Virus record (IMG/VR): IMGVR_UViG_3300038675_000358
Span: 1 to 29,582 of that record
Length of the DNA stretch: 29,582 nt
Source: a virus
Lineage: Duplodnaviria > Caudoviricetes
Reading direction: 5' to 3' (one strand)
A program made the position numbers and the translations under genes. Within the stretch, counting starts at the first letter, position 1, and each line of letters begins with the position of its first letter. Below are positions 8,566-17,460 of the stretch, piece by piece. The notes below the pieces were generated by a model. That model ran no database searches and was not told the DNA's origin. It worked only from the letters and a program-made list of their open reading frames with translations.

Positions 8566-9619
8566 CTTGGACTACAGACCATTCTCATTTGATGAGATGG
8601 CAGGGCAGAAAGGAATCATTGATGAAATGAAGAAACGGTCAATCACCATGGACTTCCCGAAGGTGATGATATTTGCAGGACCTTCTGGAACAGGCAAGAC
8701 AACCCTATCCAGAATCATTACTGCATTGCTGAACGACCCCAATCCGATTGTACATAGTGATGGAACCAAAGACCCAAACCCAGAATCTGCAATCTCCAAG
8801 GCAGTGATGCAAGAAAGATTTATGGGGGATGTATCCATTCATGATGCTTCTTCCATGGATAAGGAAGCACTTATCAAATTGAAGCAGACAATCTCCATGG
8901 CACCCATGTATGAGAAGAACAGGGTTGTGGTCATTGATGAGGCACAGGAGTTGTCAAAGGCTGGAAAGGGGGCTACCCTTGATATGCTTGAGAGGAAACG
9001 TTCCAATTGCTATATCATTCTTTGTACCATGGACTTGGACTCATTTCCCCCTGCAGTAAAGGATAGATGCCAGATTTACAACTTCAGGAACCCTACACCT
9101 GATACCATCTTTCAATTCTTGTTTGACTTCATGAACACCAAGTTTCCAGAGGTGGAGGCTACAGAGGAATTCTTTGTCAATGGATTGTCCATGATAGCTA
9201 ACAACAGTTATGGTTCAGTCAGAAGGGCATTGCAACTTTTGGACAGGTGTTTGACTGCTGAGTTGTTCACTGTAGAGAGTATGCAATCTGAATTGTATTT
9301 ATATTCAGAAGAGAGAATCTCTGATTTGGTGATTAAGGTATTGAAAAGGGATGCTACTTGTATACAAGATATTATGAAATATGGGGTAAGTGATTTCTTC
9401 TACCATTCAAAAAGGATTCTCATGGATGCATTTGTATACAAGGGAATGAAAGTGGTGAAGAGTGGAAAGACAGATGCATTGGTTTCACAGTTGGTAAAAT
9501 ATACCTCTCTGGATTCACTGGTACAAAAATATGTGGATATGGGGGTTTTCAATGAGGAACTTTTTTGGTATACTCTTACCAAGTTCTATATGGAGAAGGT
9601 AGAGAGACTGCCTGTATGA
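8558..9619 (+). CDS. dnaX: Clamp-loader AAA+ subunit, DNA Pol III gamma/tau-like
   Basis: YRPFSFDEMAGQ, GPSGTGKTT, VIDEAQEL, VKDRC and GSVRRAL; GGAGG RBS before ATG 8558. Confidence 0.85.
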   Translation: MFNLDYRPFSFDEMAGQKGIIDEMKKRSITMDFPKVMIFAGPSGTGKTTLSRIITALLNDPNPIVHSDGTKDPNPESAISKAVMQERFMGDVSIHDASSMDKEALIKLKQTISMAPMYEKNRVVVIDEAQELSKAGKGATLDMLERKRSNCYIILCTMDLDSFPPAVKDRCQIYNFRNPTPDTIFQFLFDFMNTKFPEVEATEEFFVNGLSMIANNSYGSVRRALQLLDRCLTAELFTVESMQSELYLYSEERISDLVIKVLKRDATCIQDIMKYGVSDFFYHSKRILMDAFVYKGMKVVKSGKTDALVSQLVKYTSLDSLVQKYVDMGVFNEELFWYTLTKFYMEKVERLPV

Positions 9620-10662
9620 TTACAAGAGAAGAGTTGGAGCAAGTAGCTCCTTTGGATACACTTCTGGTAAGTCTTGGTTTGACCAAGCTGAGGGACAGGG
9701 GAGCTTATTTCTCCTGTTCCTCTCCATTCAGGCATGATGAACACCCTTCATTCTGTATTTATAAGGATTCTCTGAGATGCAAGGACTTTGCTTCTGGATA
9801 CTCTTCACACCTATTCAAGTTCATCAAGGATTTGACTGGTCAGAATTTCAATGAGTACATGGGGCTTGAATCCAAGGATTTTGCTTCATTGGTATTCCTA
9901 TCAAAAGGAAAGAAGAGTGAGAAGATGAGAGGGGAGTTTCCTGTCATAGGTGAATGGAAGATGAGGATTGAAGGTTCCATTGACCAAGATATCTATAAGT
10001 ATCCTGATGTTATAGCATACTTGGACAGGAGGGGAATCAATCGTGAGTTTGCTGAATTCTTCCAATTAGGATATACTGACATTTCTTACATAGAGTATGC
10101 ACCTGTTCACATATTGGAGCAGAACAAGGGTAAGAAGACACCCTTCAGAAACAGGCTGTGCATCCCCATTTATGAGAACAGGGAAATGATTTCCATAGAA
10201 GGCAGGGCATTGAATCCAGAGGATGTGCCTAAAGTGTTATACCCTTTGAGGGCTAATGTATCAACACTATTTAACATAGACAACCTAAATAAACATGAAC
10301 CTCTGGTTGTGGTGGAAGGTATCATGGATACTGTATTGATATGGCAACATATTACAAGAAATGTTACTTGTACATTTGGTGTGAATATGAAACCAGAACA
10401 GAAGGTACTATTGAATACTTTTGATAAGGTGGTATTCTGTCCAGATGCTGATGAGGCTGGTGAAAGTGTCATTGACTCTGCAGAGGACTTCATGGAAAAA
10501 GAATACTATGTTGCTAGGTTGCAGACAGAAGATTCAGACCCAAACAGTGTTTCAGTGGATGAGTTGAAACAGATAATTAACAACCCTGTATCATCCATTG
10601 ATTATCAACTGAACAAGTCACAATTGTTTGAAGAGAAAAGGGAAATAAGCTTCTGGCAATAA
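9616..10662 (+). CDS. dnaG: DnaG-like primase
   Basis: N-terminal SPFRHDEHPSF, YLDRRGI, FRNRLCIPI, TOPRIM VVEGIMD and DADEAG; ATGA coupling at 9616. Confidence 0.9.
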   Translation: MITREELEQVAPLDTLLVSLGLTKLRDRGAYFSCSSPFRHDEHPSFCIYKDSLRCKDFASGYSSHLFKFIKDLTGQNFNEYMGLESKDFASLVFLSKGKKSEKMRGEFPVIGEWKMRIEGSIDQDIYKYPDVIAYLDRRGINREFAEFFQLGYTDISYIEYAPVHILEQNKGKKTPFRNRLCIPIYENREMISIEGRALNPEDVPKVLYPLRANVSTLFNIDNLNKHEPLVVVEGIMDTVLIWQHITRNVTCTFGVNMKPEQKVLLNTFDKVVFCPDADEAGESVIDSAEDFMEKEYYVARLQTEDSDPNSVSVDELKQIINNPVSSIDYQLNKSQLFEEKREISFWQ

Positions 10663-10693
10663 CAGGACTATTAAGATATAGGAGAAATATGCA

Positions 10694-11419
10694 ATGTCAT
10701 TAACTATATCAGAAACTGATTATGCTGAGATACTCATGGAAATAGGATACCCAGTAATTACTGAAGCTGATTTGGAATTTACAAGAGAGCAGATTCAATC
10801 CCTGATGATTGCCCCAGCACTCAGGCAATATTTCATTTGGTTCCCCATTACAGAACAAACCTCACATATGGTGACTAATACATTTGAGATTCCCTTTCCT
10901 GATGATAAGACCTATGGAATCATAGATGCAAGAATCAATACAGATGCAGTCAATGGGGGTAGGACTGGCTCTCCCTACATGAATGAATTGCTGATATCAA
11001 CTCAGAAATTGTCTTCTGGCTATTATGGAACGTCCTATGACTATGGAATCACTGAGGCTAGATACCTTGAGAATGCCTATGCCAAGAGTGCAAAAGGTGT
11101 AATCAAGGCACAGAATATCAGGGTTGACACCATACACAAGGTGATTAAGGGGAGTACCACCGTAGCCGGTGAATTGATTGTCACGTGGGCTAAGTATTCT
11201 GAGAACATGGATGATGTTCCCTATCGAAGAAAGGGGGAAGTGAAGGCACTTGCAAAATCCAACGTACTCAGGGCATTCAGTCAGCTGAGAAGTCAGATTG
11301 ATTATGAGACTGGCACTGCAATGAATACTTCAGAACTTATGGAAAGGGCAAACAACCTTGAGGAATCCATCATGAGTAAGTGGAAGGAATTCACAAAAGT
11401 AGTTGTCATTAGGGGTTAA
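10694..11419 (+). CDS. Putative virion head-completion/neck protein
   Basis: AGGAG RBS and motif variant ACTATTAAG upstream. N-terminal ILMEIGYPVI..LE pattern recalls neck proteins; weak assignment. Confidence 0.35.
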   Translation: MSLTISETDYAEILMEIGYPVITEADLEFTREQIQSLMIAPALRQYFIWFPITEQTSHMVTNTFEIPFPDDKTYGIIDARINTDAVNGGRTGSPYMNELLISTQKLSSGYYGTSYDYGITEARYLENAYAKSAKGVIKAQNIRVDTIHKVIKGSTTVAGELIVTWAKYSENMDDVPYRRKGEVKALAKSNVLRAFSQLRSQIDYETGTAMNTSELMERANNLEESIMSKWKEFTKVVVIRG

Positions 11420-11421
11420 TC

Positions 11422-12039
11422 ATGCCTAGAAGCATAAGGAATACAAAGGGATGGACTCTTAGGAAACTCATGACCAATACCTATACCCATATGAAAAACA
11501 GATATGAATATAGGGACAGGGATGTACTCAAGACCATAGTAGTCAAGCAGATTTCAGTGTATGATGGAAAGAATCTGGGGGAATCAAGAACCAAATTCCT
11601 GATTACCACAAGCAGTTATCCTCAGTACAAACCTTACTACTTTGAAAAGTCACTCTGGTCACACAGCAGAAAGAAACAGAGAACGTACAAGCACCAGTAT
11701 CAGGTTACAATCCAGATGGATACCCTTTCATTGGATGATGACAGGATACACCTGAGAACTGGTGCTGATGCCAAGTTTGATTTTACCCCAAAGGGCAGGG
11801 GAAAGTGGGTTGGTACTGGAAGGCAGAAGAAGTATATAGAAGGCACCAATATCCAAAGAGGGATAATGCCTGACTTCTGGTTGAGGCTCAGTTGGCTGTA
11901 CCAACAGAATGGTATCCTCTATGGAAGAAACTATGCCAACGGCCCCCCTCTTAAAGTAAACCCCAAGATGATTGTATTTCTAGACAAGCATATGTTGAGG
12001 GTATTGGAAATTCTTATCAATAGGGGAATACTCCAGTAA
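11422..12039 (+). CDS. Basic hypothetical protein with degenerate SWIM-like C-terminus
   Basis: PDFWLRL...G..P...NP...LDKHMLRVL resembles the CxCxDF...CKH pattern but has no Cys. Confidence 0.4.
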   Translation: MPRSIRNTKGWTLRKLMTNTYTHMKNRYEYRDRDVLKTIVVKQISVYDGKNLGESRTKFLITTSSYPQYKPYYFEKSLWSHSRKKQRTYKHQYQVTIQMDTLSLDDDRIHLRTGADAKFDFTPKGRGKWVGTGRQKKYIEGTNIQRGIMPDFWLRLSWLYQQNGILYGRNYANGPPLKVNPKMIVFLDKHMLRVLEILINRGILQ

Positions 12040-12054
12040 CCTGAATATATGTAT

Positions 12055-12096
12055 CTCCATCTTTTTATAATTCACTGACTATTATAAGAGAAGGAG
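12055..12096 (+). promoter_or_regulatory. ACTATTATA motif (12078-12086) within a hairpin that pairs the AAGGAG RBS
   Basis: TTATAAT 12065-12071 pairs with ATTATAA 12081-12087; CTCC 12055-12058 pairs with GGAG 12093-12096. Confidence 0.55.
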
Positions 12097-12102
12097 TTGT
12101 TT

Positions 12103-13008
12103 ATGAAAGTAATGATAAAAATGCAAGAGAAGCTCATGGAAGTACCCAAGAATTTCTTGGATGACATGGCTGTACTCTTACGTAAGTTATATGCAGGGCA
12201 TTTGGCCTATGTGGTTTCTCTAGAGGTAAAGACTGCTAAGTTTTATTTAAGAGATGAATGGAAAAACAGAATAACAGATGAGCAGAGAAGCAAGTCAGAA
12301 AGAATACTAGAATTTGCAAATAGGGTGTTTGATTATATTATGAGTCAAACAACTACTGATATATTCAATACCATAAAACTTGGAAAAGAAATTACTACTG
12401 ATTTTGCTATGTATAAGTATGTATCAAAGTACGGTGATTTATCAAAAATAAAAAGAGTATTGAAAATAAGATATAAAAAATCAGGAAAATATACAGGGAT
12501 GTTTTCCCCTTCTAGAAGGGAACTTGTTTTATCACCTTGGGGGTTTACCAAATCTATTTCTGAATTCATTGGTGTCACTGTTATCCCTGATGACTACACA
12601 GTTTATTGTTCTAATGATGATTGGATATTCAAACTTGATGGAAAGATTCCTCAATTTCTAGATTTTGCTGTTGAGGAAGGGTTGGAAACACTTGAACATG
12701 AGTTCATTCATTTGATTCAAAATTTCTTATTTCCAGATACCATAAAAGACCCCAATTATTCAAATACAAATATGGATAAATATTATACTTCACCTTTTGA
12801 GGTGAATCCTTGGTTGGTTACTTCACTTCAGCAATATAAGAGGACTTTGGATAAGACAGGTGAACTGCCTTCCAATGAATCAATGGAAAGATTTATAAAG
12901 AGGTCACAGTATTTTCTAGCCTTAAAGAAAAAGGATATAAAGTTATTCAACCAGATGGTAAGTGATTTCTATCAGTTGGTTGATGAAAGGTTAGGATTCC
13001 CTTCTTAG
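12103..13008 (+). CDS. Zincin-like metallopeptidase, putative internal head protein
   Basis: LEHEFIHLIQ plus downstream YYTSPFEVNPW; leader MKVMIKMQE/KLME; AAGGAG favours ATG 12103. Confidence 0.65.
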   Translation: MKVMIKMQEKLMEVPKNFLDDMAVLLRKLYAGHLAYVVSLEVKTAKFYLRDEWKNRITDEQRSKSERILEFANRVFDYIMSQTTTDIFNTIKLGKEITTDFAMYKYVSKYGDLSKIKRVLKIRYKKSGKYTGMFSPSRRELVLSPWGFTKSISEFIGVTVIPDDYTVYCSNDDWIFKLDGKIPQFLDFAVEEGLETLEHEFIHLIQNFLFPDTIKDPNYSNTNMDKYYTSPFEVNPWLVTSLQQYKRTLDKTGELPSNESMERFIKRSQYFLALKKKDIKLFNQMVSDFYQLVDERLGFPS

Positions 13009-13118
13009 AACCCTAGGAGTTATGGAATGGGTAAGAGCAGAAAACAGTGGAAAGTTGTTTCTTCCCATTGGCAATCATTGATTTGCAATGGCATATTGAT
13101 AGTGTTTAGGAGATAGGT

Positions 13119-14486
13119 ATGATACGGATTAAAAGATTTGTGGAAACACTTGAATCTGAGAGAGAAATTAGAATCTTTGTGGATAAGTTGATTCCTTATA
13201 TAAGTAAGGCTATCTATGCAATTAATAAGAATGCTTTTAACTATCTTGGTGATAGGGACAAGATATTAGCTAGAAAAGCAAAATTACAGAGTACTGGGAA
13301 TTTAGATATAGGTTATATTATTATGGAAGACAGTCAAAGTAATGCAGTAACAGTTGTACCTAGTAAGGTGTATAATTCAAAATTTCTTTCTAGCTTTTAT
13401 GAATATATGCTGGGTTTTACTCATAAGTTCAAAAAGTCTTTGAGTATATCCATCGAGAATTTTAATGATAAGAATAAAAACCTAGGGTATCACTCAAGTG
13501 TTGAGAATGCCATAGTTGTATACCTGACTAAGGAAAGTACTGAACAGATTCTTACCTCTGTCCAGTATTTCAATGAATCAAAATCAGTTCAAGAAATCAA
13601 TAAGATTATTTCAAATTCCTATGCAAAGTCTACACTTCTTCATGAAATAACTCATGCCTATGATTATTTTAGGGGTGATGAAAACAAGGTAGGAAAACCA
13701 GTTCTTCAACCTGAATCAGGGTTCTTGGATTATAGTCTTCAGACTCATGAGATTAATGCTTTTTATGCTACCGCAGTTCAGAAGGCAGAGGAAAAAGGAG
13801 ACAAGTATCTTCATAATTTTAAGTATGTGCTTGACTTAGTAAAATATTATAGCTCTTTGAATTACTTTCTAGGAGATGATATTCCTGACGAGGTAAAAAA
13901 GAGGATTCTCAACAGGTTCTATCAATGGTATGCAGAACCCCCAGCAACAAAAGCAGAAATGAAGATTGCCAAGGATATTTGTTATACTGAAGTTTGGTAT
14001 AGAGTACTTCTAGGTAATTTCAATGATATAAAAATCTTTGAATTTAAGGAATTCCTACAACCACTTTCTATGGAGATAAAAGGCATAGATACTCCATCAA
14101 TGAAAGGATTGCTCAGTGCTAAGGAAGCCTTTGATTATCTTATCCAATGGTTCAAGGAATTTCCTAGAAAAGGGAAGAGGGGGGTTGCCTATGCACAAAG
14201 GGATTTGGAAGGAAAAAGAAATAAGTACTATACTATTACTCTCATTATTGATGAGATGGGTTACTATTTCAGTACTTATAATAAGGACTTTGTAAAAGAT
14301 TTTCCATCAGGAAGGGATTCACAATACTATAGAATGATAGAATCCTTTCTCAAGTTTCTCAAGACAGTGGTTGGGTATACTGCATTGGACTATGAAAGTA
14401 TAAATTCCTTCTTAAAGAAAGAACACCAGATTCCTGTTGGATTCATCAGTAGGGATTATCAATTAGTTGACTATATAAGGGATTAA
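13119..14486 (+). CDS. Zincin-like metallopeptidase, putative internal head protein
   Basis: LLHEITHAYD plus YSLQTHEINAF; leader MIRIKRFVE; AGGAG RBS. Confidence 0.65.
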   Translation: MIRIKRFVETLESEREIRIFVDKLIPYISKAIYAINKNAFNYLGDRDKILARKAKLQSTGNLDIGYIIMEDSQSNAVTVVPSKVYNSKFLSSFYEYMLGFTHKFKKSLSISIENFNDKNKNLGYHSSVENAIVVYLTKESTEQILTSVQYFNESKSVQEINKIISNSYAKSTLLHEITHAYDYFRGDENKVGKPVLQPESGFLDYSLQTHEINAFYATAVQKAEEKGDKYLHNFKYVLDLVKYYSSLNYFLGDDIPDEVKKRILNRFYQWYAEPPATKAEMKIAKDICYTEVWYRVLLGNFNDIKIFEFKEFLQPLSMEIKGIDTPSMKGLLSAKEAFDYLIQWFKEFPRKGKRGVAYAQRDLEGKRNKYYTITLIIDEMGYYFSTYNKDFVKDFPSGRDSQYYRMIESFLKFLKTVVGYTALDYESINSFLKKEHQIPVGFISRDYQLVDYIRD

Positions 14487-14487
14487 T

Positions 14488-15804
14488 ATGAAAAGAATAA
14501 TCAGGTTGAAAGAAGCAATACAGTGAAGAGATATAGAAAATTTTGATAGGGATGCAACCAATCTATCCAAGAACCTCAGAAGAATCAAGACAGTAAAGGA
14601 TTTCCTATTGGTCATGAGGGCTTATATAGATTGGTCTAATGACTTTAACACTTTTGTTTTTAAGAGTCTTATGAATAAGGATAGCAATGATGATTCAGAG
14701 AATAAGGCAAGGATTGCTGTACAAGAATTTATTGTATTCATTCAGAACTATCTGTTTCTTCCTATGAGTTCATCTCAGGCTTATTCTCTATCTCAGCAAT
14801 ATAATGTTGATTACAGGTCAAGTACAGATATCTCAAAATATCCTCCAGAAGGTCAGGACATATTGTTGAATAACTGGAAAGATAATCTCAGTAGCATTTA
14901 TCAGAAATACAATAGATTGAGAAAGAATGCTTTTGAAGAACTTTATCTGTACTTTGATTCTACCTTTTCTCAGGGGGTTGCTCCCGATTATTATAAGTCT
15001 GTCACTGATAAGATTCAGGGAGTATCTGTTTCTTGGAGGTCTGATGAACATCAAGACCCTGAGGTAACAAAGAAAAGGGTACAACTTTCAAGACTTGCTA
15101 TAGAGAAAGCTTTGTCAATACTGAGAAAATCAAAGTTTTCATTTATTCTTAATGGTACAATTATCAATGTTGAGTTGAAACCAAATTTTGATTATGGGGG
15201 TAGATGGGAAGGGTTAAGTCAGAATACTATTCTATTATCTTCACCCTATAGTGTTAAGGATGTTGAGGAAACTGCTAGAGCACTTATCCATGAGTTTGGT
15301 CATAAATATTGGGATTTGATGGACGATGAAAAAAGGTCTTTCTTTTCCAAGGCTTTCTTTGACAGTAAGTTGAAGGTTGAAAAGAATCATATTTCCATTT
15401 TGTTTGATGCTTATACAAAGGCATTGGATAGAAATAAACCAAAAAGAGTGGGTGATATTGATAGGATTTTCAATAATGGATTATTGGACTCTTTTATTTC
15501 TGATAATGAAACAAGATTTATCTATGAATTGCTTATTTATAACGGGACATTGGATACTATAGACTTCTATTTTTCTTATGAGGAAGGAAAAGAAATCCTA
15601 GAGAATAAGAATTATCAAGTTCTTTATGAGAAATTCAAGGCAATAGAAGGTCAAGTTTTGGGAATGGCAGTTGTTACTGGATATGCTAAGATGAAGGGTG
15701 CATTTGAAGGTTTCCCAGAATTGTTCAGTTATATCCTTATGGGGTATGATGTACCAGAGGTAGCAAGAAAGTTGTTTCATGCAGTTACAGGTGTATATAA
15801 ATGA
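14488..15804 (+). pseudogene. Zincin-like metallopeptidase gene with in-frame TGA at codon 13 (14524-14526)
   Basis: MKRIIRLKEAIQ*RDIENFDRD... continues in frame into ORF 14608-15804, which has LIHEFGHKYW and GYAKMKGAFEGFPELF. Confidence 0.6.
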
Positions 15805-16061
15805 ATGACGAAGCAACTATTATAAATGAAGAGTTTGATGAATTTGAGTTTGATGGTTTCTCTGTATTTCATACGTTAACTGATGTGTGGTACTTGGAAA
15901 CAGATGCCGATGATGAAAACAGAATAGAAATTCTCTTGCAGGAGCAAGAGGTTTCCTTGTATGATGATAATAGGGATGAATTGACTGCATTAGGATTTAT
16001 CGAGGAAGATTTTACCAGACTGAAGGAGTTTATCCATGATAAGAATGTTGGAAATCAGTGA
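15801..16061 (+). CDS. Small highly acidic protein
   Basis: Start overlaps the upstream stop; D/E-rich 86 aa. Confidence 0.6.
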   Translation: MNDEATIINEEFDEFEFDGFSVFHTLTDVWYLETDADDENRIEILLQEQEVSLYDDNRDELTALGFIEEDFTRLKEFIHDKNVGNQ

Positions 16062-17460
16062 CATACAATTGGTCAGCTTGACAGAGGCTAGAAGAAACCC
16101 CAAATTGAATCCCAAGATTTCAGCTTACGAAGCACTGAAACCCTATAGTAATGATAACAGTTATTTTATATCTTTTACTACTGTAGATAAGATTGGCATT
16201 AACCCAAAGAGTAAGTATGATACACCTCTAGCCATCTACGCATATCCACTAAAAGCCATTTGGAAGGAATATAATGTAGACCTTATTAAGAGTGTAGGAA
16301 AGGCAGTACCCTTTGCTGGAAATTCCCCTTATGTGTGGCTGATAAAAGTAAAAAATAATGTAAACTTTGTCAAGAACATGTATAGTGATTATCCATTGAA
16401 AAAGTATGAAAGTGATATGAAAATACTAAAGAACCATATCATTTCTAATCAAAAGGAATATCAGAAATTACTAAAAGATGATAATGGGAATTTGGATACT
16501 ATAAACAATACCATTGATTCTTACTTTTCCAAGTGGGAAAAAGAGGCTAAAGAGTGGGTTCCAATCATGTTCATGTGGAATATCACTAGGAATCTTGCTT
16601 ATTACAAGGAAGGAAAGCCTATGGTGCAGTGGAGCTATCTACTGCATAGGGTATTAGGATATGGTGGATTCTGTGATGTTGAGGGAAGAGGCCACATCCA
16701 TCCTGCAGAACCAATACAAGCCTGTTTCTTCAGCACCAGAAGCTTTGATGTAGTTGCTGAATTCCTGAATAAGGATTATAATGATGAGTATTACTGGTTC
16801 CAGAAGGGAGTGGGATTAGGAATCATAAAAGTAAAAAATGCTGATGCTTCAGTTATGAGTGATTATGATGCTGACCCAATTTTAGTATGGAACGATGGTA
16901 CTTGGATTAGTGGTGAATGGAAGTATGGTGAGTGGAGATTTGGTACTTGGAAAGATGGTGTGTGGCTTGATGGTTATTGGAAATATGGTACTTGGGAGAA
17001 GGGGGATTGGTATAATGGTTCTTTCCTAGGTGGTACTTGGAAGGATGGGTTTTGGAAGGATGGTGTTTGGAGTACTGGCGTTTGGGAAGATGGTCTTTGG
17101 TCAACTGGTGATTGGTACAGGGGCACTTGGAAGAATGGTATATGGGGTGGAGGTAATTGGTATACAGGCACATGGGAAAATGGAATTTGGGAGGATGGTA
17201 CTTGGGAATATGGGGTTTGGCATGATGGTACATGGAAGGATGGGTTTTGGAAGGATGGTGTTTGGAACGGTGGAACTTGGAAGGGTGGTACTTGGAAGGA
17301 TGGACATTGGAGGGGAGGTGTCTGGGAAAATGGGGCTTGGGTTAAGGGCACTATTTATGACCCTGATAAAAAGGGACATCCACTTCCTACAGACAAGAGG
17401 GTTGGTGACTATGTTGAAACCAAGCTGACTCCGAAAGAATATTTTGAAGGTGTAATATGA
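16036..17460 (+). CDS. Putative ART-like N-terminal domain plus Trp-pentapeptide repeat protein (paralog 1)
   Basis: GINPKSKYDTPLAIYAYP...LGYGGFCD...EPIQACFF followed by 31 W-x-x-G-x units; AAGGAG RBS. Confidence 0.55.
   Translation: MIRMLEISDIQLVSLTEARRNPKLNPKISAYEALKPYSNDNSYFISFTTVDKIGINPKSKYDTPLAIYAYPLKAIWKEYNVDLIKSVGKAVPFAGNSPYVWLIKVKNNVNFVKNMYSDYPLKKYESDMKILKNHIISNQKEYQKLLKDDNGNLDTINNTIDSYFSKWEKEAKEWVPIMFMWNITRNLAYYKEGKPMVQWSYLLHRVLGYGGFCDVEGRGHIHPAEPIQACFFSTRSFDVVAEFLNKDYNDEYYWFQKGVGLGIIKVKNADASVMSDYDADPILVWNDGTWISGEWKYGEWRFGTWKDGVWLDGYWKYGTWEKGDWYNGSFLGGTWKDGFWKDGVWSTGVWEDGLWSTGDWYRGTWKNGIWGGGNWYTGTWENGIWEDGTWEYGVWHDGTWKDGFWKDGVWNGGTWKGGTWKDGHWRGGVWENGAWVKGTIYDPDKKGHPLPTDKRVGDYVETKLTPKEYFEGVI
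16888..17352 (+). repeat. 15-bp coding tandem repeat, 31 units of W-x-x-G-x
   Basis: Counted from the translation, WNDGT to WVKGT; one unit has F instead of W. Confidence 0.95.

Noticed and set aside
14524-14526. Genome-wide stop-codon reassignment
   Set aside because: TGA, TAG and TAA all terminate genes at tight junctions, and coding density is high under code 11.
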